A DNA stretch of 64,000 nucleotides from contig NC_045697.1 of assembly GCF_009834535.1 (NCBI RefSeq), positions 1,366,001 to 1,430,000 on the forward strand. Reading direction: 5' to 3'. Within the stretch, counting starts at the first letter, position 1. Every line of letters begins with the position of its first letter. Origin of the DNA: Camelus ferus. Lineage: Eukaryota. Below, in pieces: positions 1-10,931 of the stretch. The notes beneath the pieces were generated by a model. That model saw only the letters and a list, made by a program, of their open reading frames with translations, was not told the DNA's origin and ran no database searches. Made by a program: the position numbers and the translations under genes.

Positions 1-104
1 ATCTTTCTACTCAGCTGCAAAACATCTTTATCATCTTTATCATCTCAAAAAATTCTACAATTTGTAAAAACATCTCTCCAAAAATGATAAAATCCTTTTT
101 TTAA

Positions 105-595
105 TGGCAGTGGAATTCACACAACATACAATTAACCATTTTAAAGTGTGTAATTCAGTGGTACCTGGTGCATTCACGATGTCGTCCAACCATCGCCAGT
201 CCCCAGTTTGAAAACTTTCTCATTGCCCCTAAAAAGAAACCCCATGCCTTTTTGCTATCATTCCTCATTCCCCTCCCCCCACCCCAGCAGCCACTGGTGT
301 ATTTCCTGTCTCTGTGGATTTGCCAATTCTGGACATTTCACATAAATGGAATCACACTCTATTTGTCCTTTCGTGTCTGACTTCTTCACACTTAGCATCA
401 TGTTTTCAAGGCTCATCCACGTTGAAAAGTATATATAGCATCCTTTTCATGGCTGAATAGTACTCCATCGTGTGCACAGACCCCATTTTTTTTACCGGTT
501 CACTGTTGATGGACATTTGGGCTGTGCCCACCTTCTGGTTATTCACATTGCTATGAATGTGGGTCTTCAATTCTTAAATGTACCGGACACCTAGA
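105..595 (-). mobile_element. Old L1 (L1MA/MB-like) 3' end fragment
   Basis: Typical antisense L1 3' UTR text (aaccattttaaagtgt...ggacatttcacataaatggaatcac...gatggacatttgggctg). Confidence 0.75.
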
Positions 596-2334
596 TATTT
601 GGTTCTTTTAGACTTTTTAATAATTACAATATCCCTAAAAACAATTGGAAACATTCTCAAAAACTGAAAAGCCAATGCAAAAAATTCCGGCTCTAAAGAC
701 ACCATCCCCACAGTGGGTGTGCTGACTCATTTTCCCCCAGGCCCCAGCCAGTGTACCCCATGGTTTGGGATGGTTTGTCAAGGAGAAAGCTTTAACTGGA
801 GCAAACCCCACATGGCAGAGACTTACAGAGCCCCCCACGCAGAGCTCAAAGGACCCCCTCAGCCATGAAGGGAGCCCCGTGTGAAGTGTCCCCAGCACCC
901 ACCCCGCCTCCACCCAACATGAAAACAAGGAGAAATGGAAGAGCTTCAAAATGCTTACTGTAAGAAAGAAAAAAACATTCCATTCATCTTAACCAACTAC
1001 TCTGCATAAATTTCCATAGTATGAAATGTTCTATTCTACTTTCGCTTAATCTATTCAGATCAGTGGGGGAAAAAATCCATTCACTTTTGTCTTCTTCCTT
1101 CAACCATTTGAATTGCCCATCAATATCTAAGTTTCTTTGCAACCCAACTGTAAAAAGTACAAAAGTAATTGTTTCACCAAATGGGAATCTTAAAGACATT
1201 GATGAGAGCTACGGTTCATTCTTGCCAGAAACGCACAGCTCAGGGTGTGGGTGCTCCCACCCTGGGGTCAGACGGACCAGAGTTCAAATCCCAGCCCTGC
1301 CACTCCTGCCTGGGAAGGCTCCAGTGAGTCGTTTAACACGCCGTCCGGAGACCTCGCTCGTAAGACAGGGCGCACTAGGATCATCACAGTGTCACAAGCA
1401 CCCCAGGCCTCAGTGCCTCACGCAGCAGGGATCTATACCCACGCTGTCATTTACGCCCGGCCCCCTCCCCCCCGTCGCCTTCACCACTCCATGGTCCTCT
1501 ACGGGGTCCAGCCGAGGATGCAGGCCACACCCACAGGAGGATGGCTCAAGAGGTCTGGGGGCCAGGCCTGCAGCCCACACAGGCTGACACTCAGCCCCAG
1601 GACTCACCTGGGAGCCGGAGGCCCAGATGGTGTGGGAGCACACAGCTGTGTCTCTGCCACCAGGAAGGCGCAGGTAACCGGCCCAACGGGACAACTGAGC
1701 GCCCCGAGTCAGGGTCTGTTCCCAGCAACTGAATACCAAAAAGACACCTCACTCTCCAAGTGGCCCTGGGTACTCCATTAAACACTCCAGGCACGGTCCT
1801 AAGTCCACACCTCCCAGCCACCTGCAAGCCCCACTGATAATGGCAGGTCATTTCTCGAGCCATGACTGTGAGCCTTTGACAGAGCTGATCCCCTCAAATT
1901 CCACACAACAGACCCCATCACCCCCATCCGACAGATAGGGAAACTGAGGCACAGGCTGGGGGTGGGGTGAGGCCCCTGCAGCCCTGTCTGTGGCTTCAAC
2001 CCTGTGGAGACACATAAGCCACGGCTAGCAGCAAAGACTTAGGGCAATAAAACATGAGAGAAATACTGAAAACCCACAACATTCTAGGCATTTGTTTCTC
2101 CTTGAACTGGAATCAGGTCACCGTTGCTCACCTTCATGTGGGCGCACAGCCCGCCGCGGAAGGGCCGCACCACGCAGCGCTGCCGGCTCAGGCAGGGCTC
2201 CGCACTCAGAGCCCGCAGGCCGCCCTTCAGTCACCTGCGCTCTGGGATGTGCGTTTTTACACTTTTAAAACAAGAGCATCTGGTGTTCCGGGAATTCCTG
2301 GCAGCTCTAAGGAGAGGCACTAAAGCTCCTGAAA

Positions 2335-2358
2335 CCCCCCCCCCCCCCCCCCCCCCCC
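2335..2358. repeat. Poly(C) homopolymer, 24 nt
   Basis: Direct reading. Confidence 0.95.
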
Positions 2359-5300
2359 GTCTTTGCATGGAGGGTGGGATGAAATTGCCTAACACACTTC
2401 CCGCTGAGAGCGGGCAGCACGCGCACCGCGGCCCTGGCTCCCTCCCGCCAGGCCACCGCCGGCTGGACACGGGACCAGATATCAATTAGGCGAAGCTTCG
2501 GACTCCCTGCCCACTTAGCAGAAACCATATCATTCATTTCCCGTAAACACCCAGCGCTGATGGTAAAGCAGACCCCTAAGTGATGACGTCAGGGTTGGCA
2601 CAGAGCTGGCACAGAAACTCATGCTCGCTGCCTGTCTGCAGCTCAGCTTCTCCCCTGCCCGGCAAACACGGGGGCACAGGGCTGGGCGTGGGCGGCCCCA
2701 CGCTCCCCTCCCCACCCCCACCACAGACAGAAATGCAGCCGAGCCAGGAAATGAGATGAGAGCTGCCCACTGAGCCTCCCCGCCAGAGCCGGGGCAGGGG
2801 CTACACGCCTCCGTGACATGTGGACTCCCAGGGCCTCCTGGCTGCCCAGGCCTGACAGTGTGAGGCATTGGGAGGAAGGCTCTCTGGGGGCCACCAGACC
2901 TGGCAGCCGGGAGGCCGAGGCCCCAGTGCCCTCTGACTTCAGGGACAAGAGACAGGTGCCCTAGGCCAGCCACGCCCGCTCTGACTCAGCACCGCAGAGC
3001 ATCCTTCCCGGACCTGCCGAGCCCTGCTCTGTGCCAGGCACCACCCGCTAGGAGAGGGAGCTTGGCGCTGGCACAGCCCATGCAGCCAGGCTTTCTAGAC
3101 CACTGGCTTCCCAGGAGCTCACGTCGGAGAGAATCGTGCTCCTCCAAGGACAGCCTCAGCCGCAGCAGGGCACTCAGAATTTATCGGCTAAAAAAGAACC
3201 AGTCAGCTGCCGGGCTAGCAGTTAACACGAAAATCCCATGATCCGAGAACAGAGCCTCTACCTGGTGTGAGGCCGCACACGGCACTGCGGGGACCCTGGA
3301 GCAACTGGACCAGGTTGCAGGAAGACCACCCTTCTCCCTCGCCTCCACTGCCACCCCTCCAGAAGCGCTCTGGGCTGGGGGGCTTGCCGACAGTGTGGCT
3401 GTGTTCCTCTGGGGCTCTGCCATCTGCATTATTACCCTTTACCCACGGCCACCATGGGGGAGCCCTATAGGGTCAGGTGGGCTGCACACCATCTGGGTAC
3501 AATGAGGGCAGTACAGACACAAGGCCAGGACTTTCCCCTGCCCTGGAGCCCACCAATTTAACACCTGAGGACTCCCAACTGCCACTGCACTTCAGGGTGT
3601 GCCCCCCTCCTCCTGGCAGTCAAAGTACAGAGTGACGGCCCCTGACCCCAACCGGCAGCTGCACGCCCATGGCCGGGTGGGCTGGGGCTCCGGAAACAGC
3701 CACGGTGGGAAGTTCCACAGCCCCCACCTGCCTGATCTCAACTTCACCAAGATCAAAGGGTTCTTCTTTCAGGAAGCACACACACCCAGCAGGTTACTCC
3801 GGCTTCTCTTTGAGAAGGAGGCTAGTTCATCCCTAATCTGAACCCAGAATATTGACAGTTTCCAGATGAGCATCACTCAGTGAAGCACTGTACTTGGAAG
3901 GAATGTCTCCCCGAAAAGAAGGGGCATGAGGAAAGTTACTATACCACACCCCAGAAATGGTTTGGAATGACAAGAGTTCCACATGGGGTGCGTGGCTGAG
4001 CATAACCACTCACCACGTGGTAACCTCCATACATCTGGGCAACACCACCTACATACTGATCGAGTCTTCCTCAAAAATGGAAAACACAAATTCACCCCGG
4101 ACCATCACTAACATGTTCTTTGATGATGGCCAAGAAGACCCCATGGGGTCCGGTCCAGGTCCCCCTTCCCCCACGCCAAGATTTCACCCCTCAGCACTGT
4201 CACCCATCACCCAGGATCAACAAGAAAGCTATAACCCAGCATGAAACACAAATATTGATATTTTTGTGTCAAAAGAAGACATCCGCTATCCAAAATGTTT
4301 CACCTTCTTAAAGTTAACTCCTCCTGAACAAAAGCAAAAAGACTTAGAAATCCTGGACACTTTCCATGAAAAAAATCATAACAGTGTTTAAAAGACTGCC
4401 TTAAAGGAAATAAAAGGGAGTAAGAGTGCAAATTCATTTTAATGTTAAACTACTGTACACATCAGGCTGGTTCGTCTGTTACTCAGGTTGTTATTCGTGA
4501 CTCAGGATAGCGAAAATTTTAAATGTCATATAAGAGTATTTTAAAGCTTTTTCAAATATTTTTTAAAACTACAAGAACAATGAGTTTTTTGGTTTCAGAA
4601 TGTTTCCCACTGAGTTGTGATGAACGAAAGCTCAGTGCTCAGTATTAAACCAAATCAGGGATTAAATCAAGAATTCAGTTTGAATTGTACATCTATCCAA
4701 ACACAACAGTGGAAAAAAATCTGAACTGCAGGCAACAGTCTCTCTTAGACACATCCTCCCGCAGCTAACGTATAACACTTCAACTCCTCCAGGCCCGGAG
4801 ATCTCCCAGAACTGACTTGTGCTCACTTGGACCAAAGCGTATTAAATTACATAGGGAGGGGAAGTGCAAAAATCCGTCCACAACCTGAGCAAAAATACGA
4901 GTTTTGATTTGAAAAATGAAAAGCTATTGGGGTGACAATCTACTCCAACACTTCAAGCAATCAAAATATTTCACCCCAAAGACAGATGTCCAACAAGGGG
5001 TGGCCCACGCTCAGGCTGACCGCAGGGCAAACACTGCGGTTGGACACAAAGTTCTCAGATGGAGATGTGTCTTGAGTCCAGGGGTCAGATGACAAGCCAA
5101 GAGATGACAGCGAAGGAAGGGAGAGGACCAGATGAAACCCTATCTCCTCCCTTCTCCTAAAGCACACACCTTTTGGCTGAATCGCTGGGACTGGCTGACT
5201 CACCAACTCTCCGCCTCACCCTGGTCAGCGCCTGGAGCTGGCTTTGGAGGGGCAGTGGCCTGAGACAGGGGAAATTAGGGACGTGGTTCTCAATTCTGGG

Positions 5301-7307
5301 GCACAATCTCCAGGGCAGTATCATTTTCCACTTTTAAAGACTTTTCCCAAAACTGAAACAGGCAGGGCCACTGAAATTACTCAGTTATAGATGAAACAGA
5401 GGCCACGCTGCTCTTCCTTCCCTTCCAACAACGTGATACAGCCCGGCGACGCTGGTAACAAGGCCCCTTCCACAGCCACGTCTGGAAAGAGTCATCGCAG
5501 CCTCAGGAACCTTGACAGATGTGCTTTCAGAGACACCAGAACGCTACATGATACATTTCTCTGCTGGCCTCACCCTGTATCTGAAAAAATCATGCTGCTG
5601 CCCACCCCAAAATGACCTTTTGACAAGTAGACTTGGGTTCTCTTTAACTGGTGACAGAAGTCACACAAACAAAAAGCCACTCCTTGGACAGATGTCCCAT
5701 GCAGAGGCTGCCACCCTCCCCTGGCAACCTACACAGCACCAGCAGGCAGGACGAGAGCAGCCTCGGGGGACCGCAGGGAGGAGAGGGCTGGGCAGAAGGC
5801 AGCCCAGGGCTGGGAGGCCCCACACACAGGCAGTGCCAGGAAGCACCAGGGTCACACCAAGAAAGTAGCTGCTGCAAGACCAGGAGGTGGGGAGGAGTGA
5901 GAAGGGCTGCACAGCTGCACCAGGCCGGAAGGAATCCGAAAATCCAGATCCCCTCTGGGCAAGGCCAAGGCCGAGCAGGGGGCAGCCCCAGGCATCCTAA
6001 GCCCTCAGCCCATCACTGGGAAAACTCTCCCACCCCAAAGGCAAGACGCAGGAGCGCTGCGGGCCCCTGAACTCACCGCAGGGCCTCAGGTGCCAGACTT
6101 ACAACAAACCTGCGGCCTCCCCAAAGGGGTGGGCCAGAAAGGTACAGATTTCAGGACACCCCCCAATCAGAGGCCACACACGGCGGGGGGTAGCAGGGAA
6201 GCCAGATCCAGAGGGCGGGTGGTGTTCCCTGGGTCAGTCAGCAACACTGCAGCCTCGGATGTCCGAGGCGCCCGGATGTGACCACTGGCCGCACCCGAGC
6301 CGCAACACCCCAGCCAAGACCCCAGCGTCCCTGCCCTCCCGGCCTTCACGCTGCGCCTGCCCCCATCGTGCAGCCGCCGGATGCCTAAAGTGCACCCAGG
6401 ACCCTGCGCTCGGCTCCCGGGCACCGCCGGGCACCGCCGCAGCCCAACTCGCTCCGGACGCAGCGGACACGAGCCCTGACCGGGCGGCGGGGATGCAACG
6501 CCCGCAGTGCGACTGGCGCAGCTTCCGAGGCGCGGGGCGCGCTGCCCAGACCCCGACCCGACGGCCGAGGAGGGACGCCACGCCAGGCGAACCGCCCCTC
6601 CGGCCCCGCTGAGCCGGCGGCCCCGGGCGCGCTCATCCCGCCGCCGGGCAGGAGATTGCCCTGGATTCGAGAACACGCGAGTGGGCACAGGACGATGGGG
6701 ACGCGAACTGGGCGGAGGTGCGGATCGGTCCTTACTGGGGAAAGCAGGGCCAGGAGAGTGGGACAGGGACCTTCTCTGACAGGGAAGGAGAGGTCCGTCC
6801 GAGACCCAGGAGAGGGACATGGGGGTCTCCTCCAGCACCTGGAGGAAGTGGGGAGAGGATGTGTTCCGGAAGGCGGAGGGAAGTACACTTCGGGTCCAGG
6901 ATAATGGTGGGGGGTCGCAAAAGGTGAACGGGAGGCGTCATCCCTGGTGTAGGAAGAGGGGATGAAAGGTCTTTCTGGGACCTAAGAGAAGCAGGAGGGA
7001 GTCTGTTTCGGGCTAGGGGTCGGGGACCACTAGGAGCGAGCAGGGCACCACGCAGGACCGGGATGCGAAGGGAGGGGAGCCCGTCGGGCAGCGGGCAGGC
7101 TGGGGGAGGAGTGCGCTCCGGCCCGAGGGTAAAAACAGGAGACTCGCTTTCGGACCAGGCTGGGGAGGGGGGACCCGCCGCAATGGGAGGACGACTGTGT
7201 GAGCAAGTCTCGGAGTGGAGGGAAGGGTGTCGATGGCACTCACGGAGGGAGGGCCGGTCCCAGCTGGGAAGGGGGTCTGCTCGGCAGCCAGGGCCGGGGC
7301 CGCTCAC

Positions 7308-7346
7308 CTTAGGTTTGTACAGCCACTTTCGGAACCTGTTCATCAT
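7308..7346 (-). CDS. ZFYVE28: ZFYVE28 (Lst2, FYVE-domain protein) coding exon 1; gene continues leftward beyond the window
   Basis: Minus strand reads ATG ATG AAC AGG TTC CGA AAG TGG CTG TAC AAA CCT AAG = MMNRFRKWLYKPK, the recognisable ZFYVE28 N-terminus. It is followed by a GTGAGC donor at 7307. It lies in a CpG island, head-to-head with CFAP99. Confidence 0.93.
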
Positions 7347-7795
7347 CGCCGCGCCGGCCCGGCCCGGCCCCGGCGGCCCTCCCCTCTGCGGCGCTGCTCC
7401 CGGGCCCGGCTGCGGCGCGGGGCGGACGCGGGGCAGGGCCCGGCCGGGGCCCCACGCGGACTCAGGGCGCCGGGCGGGCAGCAGGCAGGTGCGCGGGGCA
7501 GGTGCTCGGCCGGGAGATGCTCTGCGAGCGGCGCACGGCGCGGACCCACAGACCGCGGCGGGCGGGCGGGCAGGCGGACTTGCGTAGGAACCCGGCGTGG
7601 GGGCGCTGGCTCCCTGCGGCTCACTGACACCCGGCGCCTCGGCCAGCTACCGCCGCCCGCGCCACACATGCGCCGACGCGCCGCGAGCCCCCAGCCCGCC
7701 GCGAGCTGCGGAGGCTGCCCAATCCTCGGGCCGCGCCGTGCCCCGCCCGAGGCGCGCTCACCCGCAGGAGCCCGGCGCGCCCGGCGGGGCCGAGA

Positions 7796-7890
7796 ACTAC
7801 AAGTCCCGATGGACATTGCGGGGAGGCGGGACCCTGGATGCGCCGACATTTGCTGCGCCGTGGCCGCTGTGCATTTTGGGGGCTGCAGTC
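7796..7890. promoter_or_regulatory. Two inverted ZNF143/THAP11-type (ACTACAnnTCCCA) motifs
   Basis: ACTACAAGTCCCGA at 7796-7809 (+) and ACTGCAGCCCCCAAAATGCA at 7889-7870 (-). Confidence 0.6.
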
Positions 7891-7920
7891 TTCCGGTCGA
7901 CGGCGCCGGAGCGTGCAGCG

Positions 7921-7933
7921 GTTGCTAGGTGAC
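7921..7933. promoter_or_regulatory. RFX X-box
   Basis: GTTGCTAGGTGAC is a near-palindromic match to the RFX site typical of ciliary gene promoters, on the CFAP99 side of the island. Confidence 0.7.
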
Positions 7934-8779
7934 GACGCCCAAACTGCACGCCAGAGCCACTCCAGCCCGGAGGTTTGCGGAGGTCCCCGCGAAGCGAATT
8001 GGGGGACCCGCTGCTATTCCCGAGTCCCCTCGCACCAGCCGGGCCTTGGCAGAGTCACACAAGCACGGGGACGAGAAAGGAGGTTCGGGAGCACCTGCGA
8101 AGCCCGCCGACAGGTACGGGGGAAGGGAAGCAGATGGGACCCGAAGGGAGGGCGAGGCGTGTTCCCTCAGCAGCAGCACCTTCCACCTCCAGCTTCCTTC
8201 GACATGCAGGCCAGTTCTCATCTTCCTTGCTTCCCATATTCTTGTCACTAACTACTTCTTCCCAGTTTTTGATCCTATTCCTAGTTCCTTGATTAAAGTT
8301 AACGGTGTTTGTTTGTTTGTTTGTTTTTAATGACCATAATAAATGGTATTCACCACTTCCCCGATAGTGCACTAGTTTGGATCCATAAAAAAAATCAGCA
8401 AAATCGAAGAACCTATGATATGCCAGGTAGACAGCTAAAAATAGGTATGCGGCCTCACTGTCAACTCCCGCTGGTACCTGAAGAACCTGGCCGGAAAGGC
8501 TGCCTTACTCTGGCCGTAGGAGGGGCACCCTCTCCCAGAAGACTTGCATTTCCCCTGCCCCCACCTAGCACCACATCTTTGTCTGGCAATGTGCAGATTT
8601 AGGGTGCAGGAGAGGGAAGGAACTCTCCCTTGATGGAGAGCTTCTTCTCCGCTGCTCGTGGTATCGCTGGTTCTGGACTCTCCAACCCCTCTGTTCCCGT
8701 AAAGTCAGTGTGAACCTGGGCACAGGCAGCAGTCTGAGATTGCCCTGTGTGTCGTTGAGGACCTGACTCATCTTCCCCA

Positions 8780-9410
8780 TTCCCTCCCCAGTCCCATTTA
8801 GGGGACTGATGGTCCACTAAAGAGCAACCCCCACCCCGCCCCGAGTTGCCTCTTATCTCCAATTCCTTTACACTCTCCTCTCTTGAGTGGGCTCCAATCA
8901 GATTTTCACCCAGCCCCTCCTCCAAGGCTCTTTATCTAAATCATCCTTGACCCTAATGTTGCTAAACCCAGTGATGAGAGCTCAGCCCCACCTCATCCAG
9001 CAGCAGATGACCCAGCTGAGTGCTCCTTTCTGGACACACCGTCCTTACTTGGCTGGAGCAGATAGCACTCTCTGCCTCCTCCCATGGCCGCTCCTTCTCA
9101 GTCTTCTTGGCTGGCGCCTCCTCTGCTCCTAACTCTAGACATCCTAACACTGGAGTCCCAAGACTCAGTCCTTGGAAGCCCCTCTATCCACCCACTCCCT
9201 GGGTGACTTCTTACCACCACATGGTTCAATGAACAACCATTTTCTCCTTACGTTTCCAAAACCTACATCTCCAGCCTGAACCTTGCGCTGAGAGTCCAGG
9301 TCCCTCTCCCTGTTCTTTGCCAGTTAGATGTCCAACAAACCCCTAAACAAAATGTGTCCAGCTGCACTCCTAGTTTCCCCCATAAATCCTGCTCCTCCCC
9401 AGCTGCGGCT
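8780..9410 (+). mobile_element. L2 LINE fragment
   Basis: Pyrimidine-rich L2-like text (ctacatctccagcc...agatgtccaacaaaccc); boundaries approximate. Confidence 0.55.
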
Positions 9411-9570
9411 TCCAGCCTGAGAGCTCGGGTAGATACTTGGTGGACCGTTCTCTACAGGTCTGTCGTTGGTCTGCTCCAAGGCTGGGGCTGTTGTTGCTAC
9501 TCAGAATCTCCCTTCTATGCTTCCCAGTTTGAAACTGTGCTTGGGGCGAAGGCTGACCTCAGGAAAGAGG

Positions 9571-10035
9571 GTGTATCAGTTAGGATGAGGTTCAGCTGCA
9601 CACAGTGAAAAATTTCAATACCATGGTGGCCCAAACAAGATTATTCATGTTTCCATAAAATAGGTCCATGGGGAGGCAATCTTGGGAGATACAGCACCCC
9701 CTAAAGTCGTCAGGGACCTGGGCTATTCTAGCTTGCTCTTCTGCCACCTTTAGCAGGTCCCCTCCCAGTCCAGGATTGCTGCCTAAATTCCTGCCATCAC
9801 CTCCTGAGTCCAGGCAGCAGGATGAAAAAGAGAAGAAGGATAGGCCCCTTTCTTTCAAGGAGATTTTCTGGAAGTCTCGAACTCTTCTACCTCTGGACAT
9901 ACCCAGATGGCCAGGAAGACTAGGAAATGTCATCTTTCGATTGGGCAGCAGTAGATCCAACTAAAAATTGAGGGTTTGTTACTCAGGAGGAAAGGAAGAG
10001 TGGAGACTGAAAAGCAACCAGCAAAAACTGCCACA
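9571..10035. mobile_element. MLT1-type (ERVL-MaLR) LTR
   Basis: gtatcagttaggatgaggttcagctgc...ctaggaaatgtcatcttt resembles old MLT1 LTRs. Confidence 0.55.
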
Positions 10036-10875
10036 TGGGTCTGTGCTTTAAGCAAAGCCATCAGAGCATGACTTAGCAGAAATCCTTAGGAGACTAGCTT
10101 TAATCAAAATAAAAAGCCAGGAAAAGAATAAATTTTAATTAACACACATTTGGGAATCTGTGTAAATGAAGCCTCTCTAGTGATTGAGCGTGTTGAACTG
10201 GTTTGTGTCTGATGGAATTTAAATCTCCTCATATAATCTTGTTTCTGTCTATAAAGGATGTGCTAAGAAAAGAAGCTTTGGTCCAGCTCACCTTTAGAGT
10301 TTCCTTAAACATGAGACAGTTAAGTCCTGATTAGTGGAGTTAAAATCAATATTTTAAAAAAAACAATAAGCTTGGAGATTAAATCTCACTTCCCACCTAT
10401 ATGGTTTTACACCATTAAAATGAAGCTGAGGTGCTAAAAACACACATCAGAATGGGATGAACTTCAATTCCTGTTTCTCCCCAGAGCCGTGACTATTTTG
10501 ACTAAGATCATGGGTTCATTTCTGTGGGAATGCAGAACTCGCGTGCCGCTTCCCAGTGCCCACCAGCACGGGCAGCTCCCTGTGCTGGGTGTGGCCCATG
10601 TAGGGCCTTCTGCCCCAACACTGCAGGGAGCAGGGTTCAAGCCCAGCCCCCACGGCCCCTCTCTGCCTCTTCCACAGGCCTGTCCACTCACTGCTTCCGG
10701 TCCCTTCCATCCAGGCCCCTCTCGATGGCGGGGGACATGGGCTGCCCTCTTGCTCCTCCTTGACTTGCACCATCACCAAAGGGCCCCTAGGATCATCCGT
10801 TCTTCAGAATGTTCCAGCTCCAGTACAGGAGGGGAGGGCAGAGAAGCCCTCCCGCCCCGGGTGCAGCTCCCACCG

Positions 10876-10931
10876 CGCACACACGCGCGCACACACACAC
10901 TCACACACATGCACACACGCACACACGCACA
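10876..10931. repeat. Imperfect (CA)n/(CG)n microsatellite
   Basis: Direct reading. Confidence 0.9.

Larger units (their letters stand above)
6250..8170. promoter_or_regulatory. CpG island / bidirectional promoter of ZFYVE28 (-) and CFAP99 (+)
   Basis: Very high GC and CpG density around ZFYVE28 exon 1; boundaries estimated by eye. Confidence 0.85.

Noticed and set aside
2584..2591. CRE palindrome TGACGTCA in ZFYVE28 intron 1
   Set aside because: An isolated 8-mer is expected by chance in 64 kb; no supporting context.
6167..7928. Many overlapping 150-240 aa ORFs, including a 204-aa ZFYVE28 read-through
   Set aside because: CpG-island artefacts; only the first 13 codons before the GTGAGC donor match ZFYVE28.
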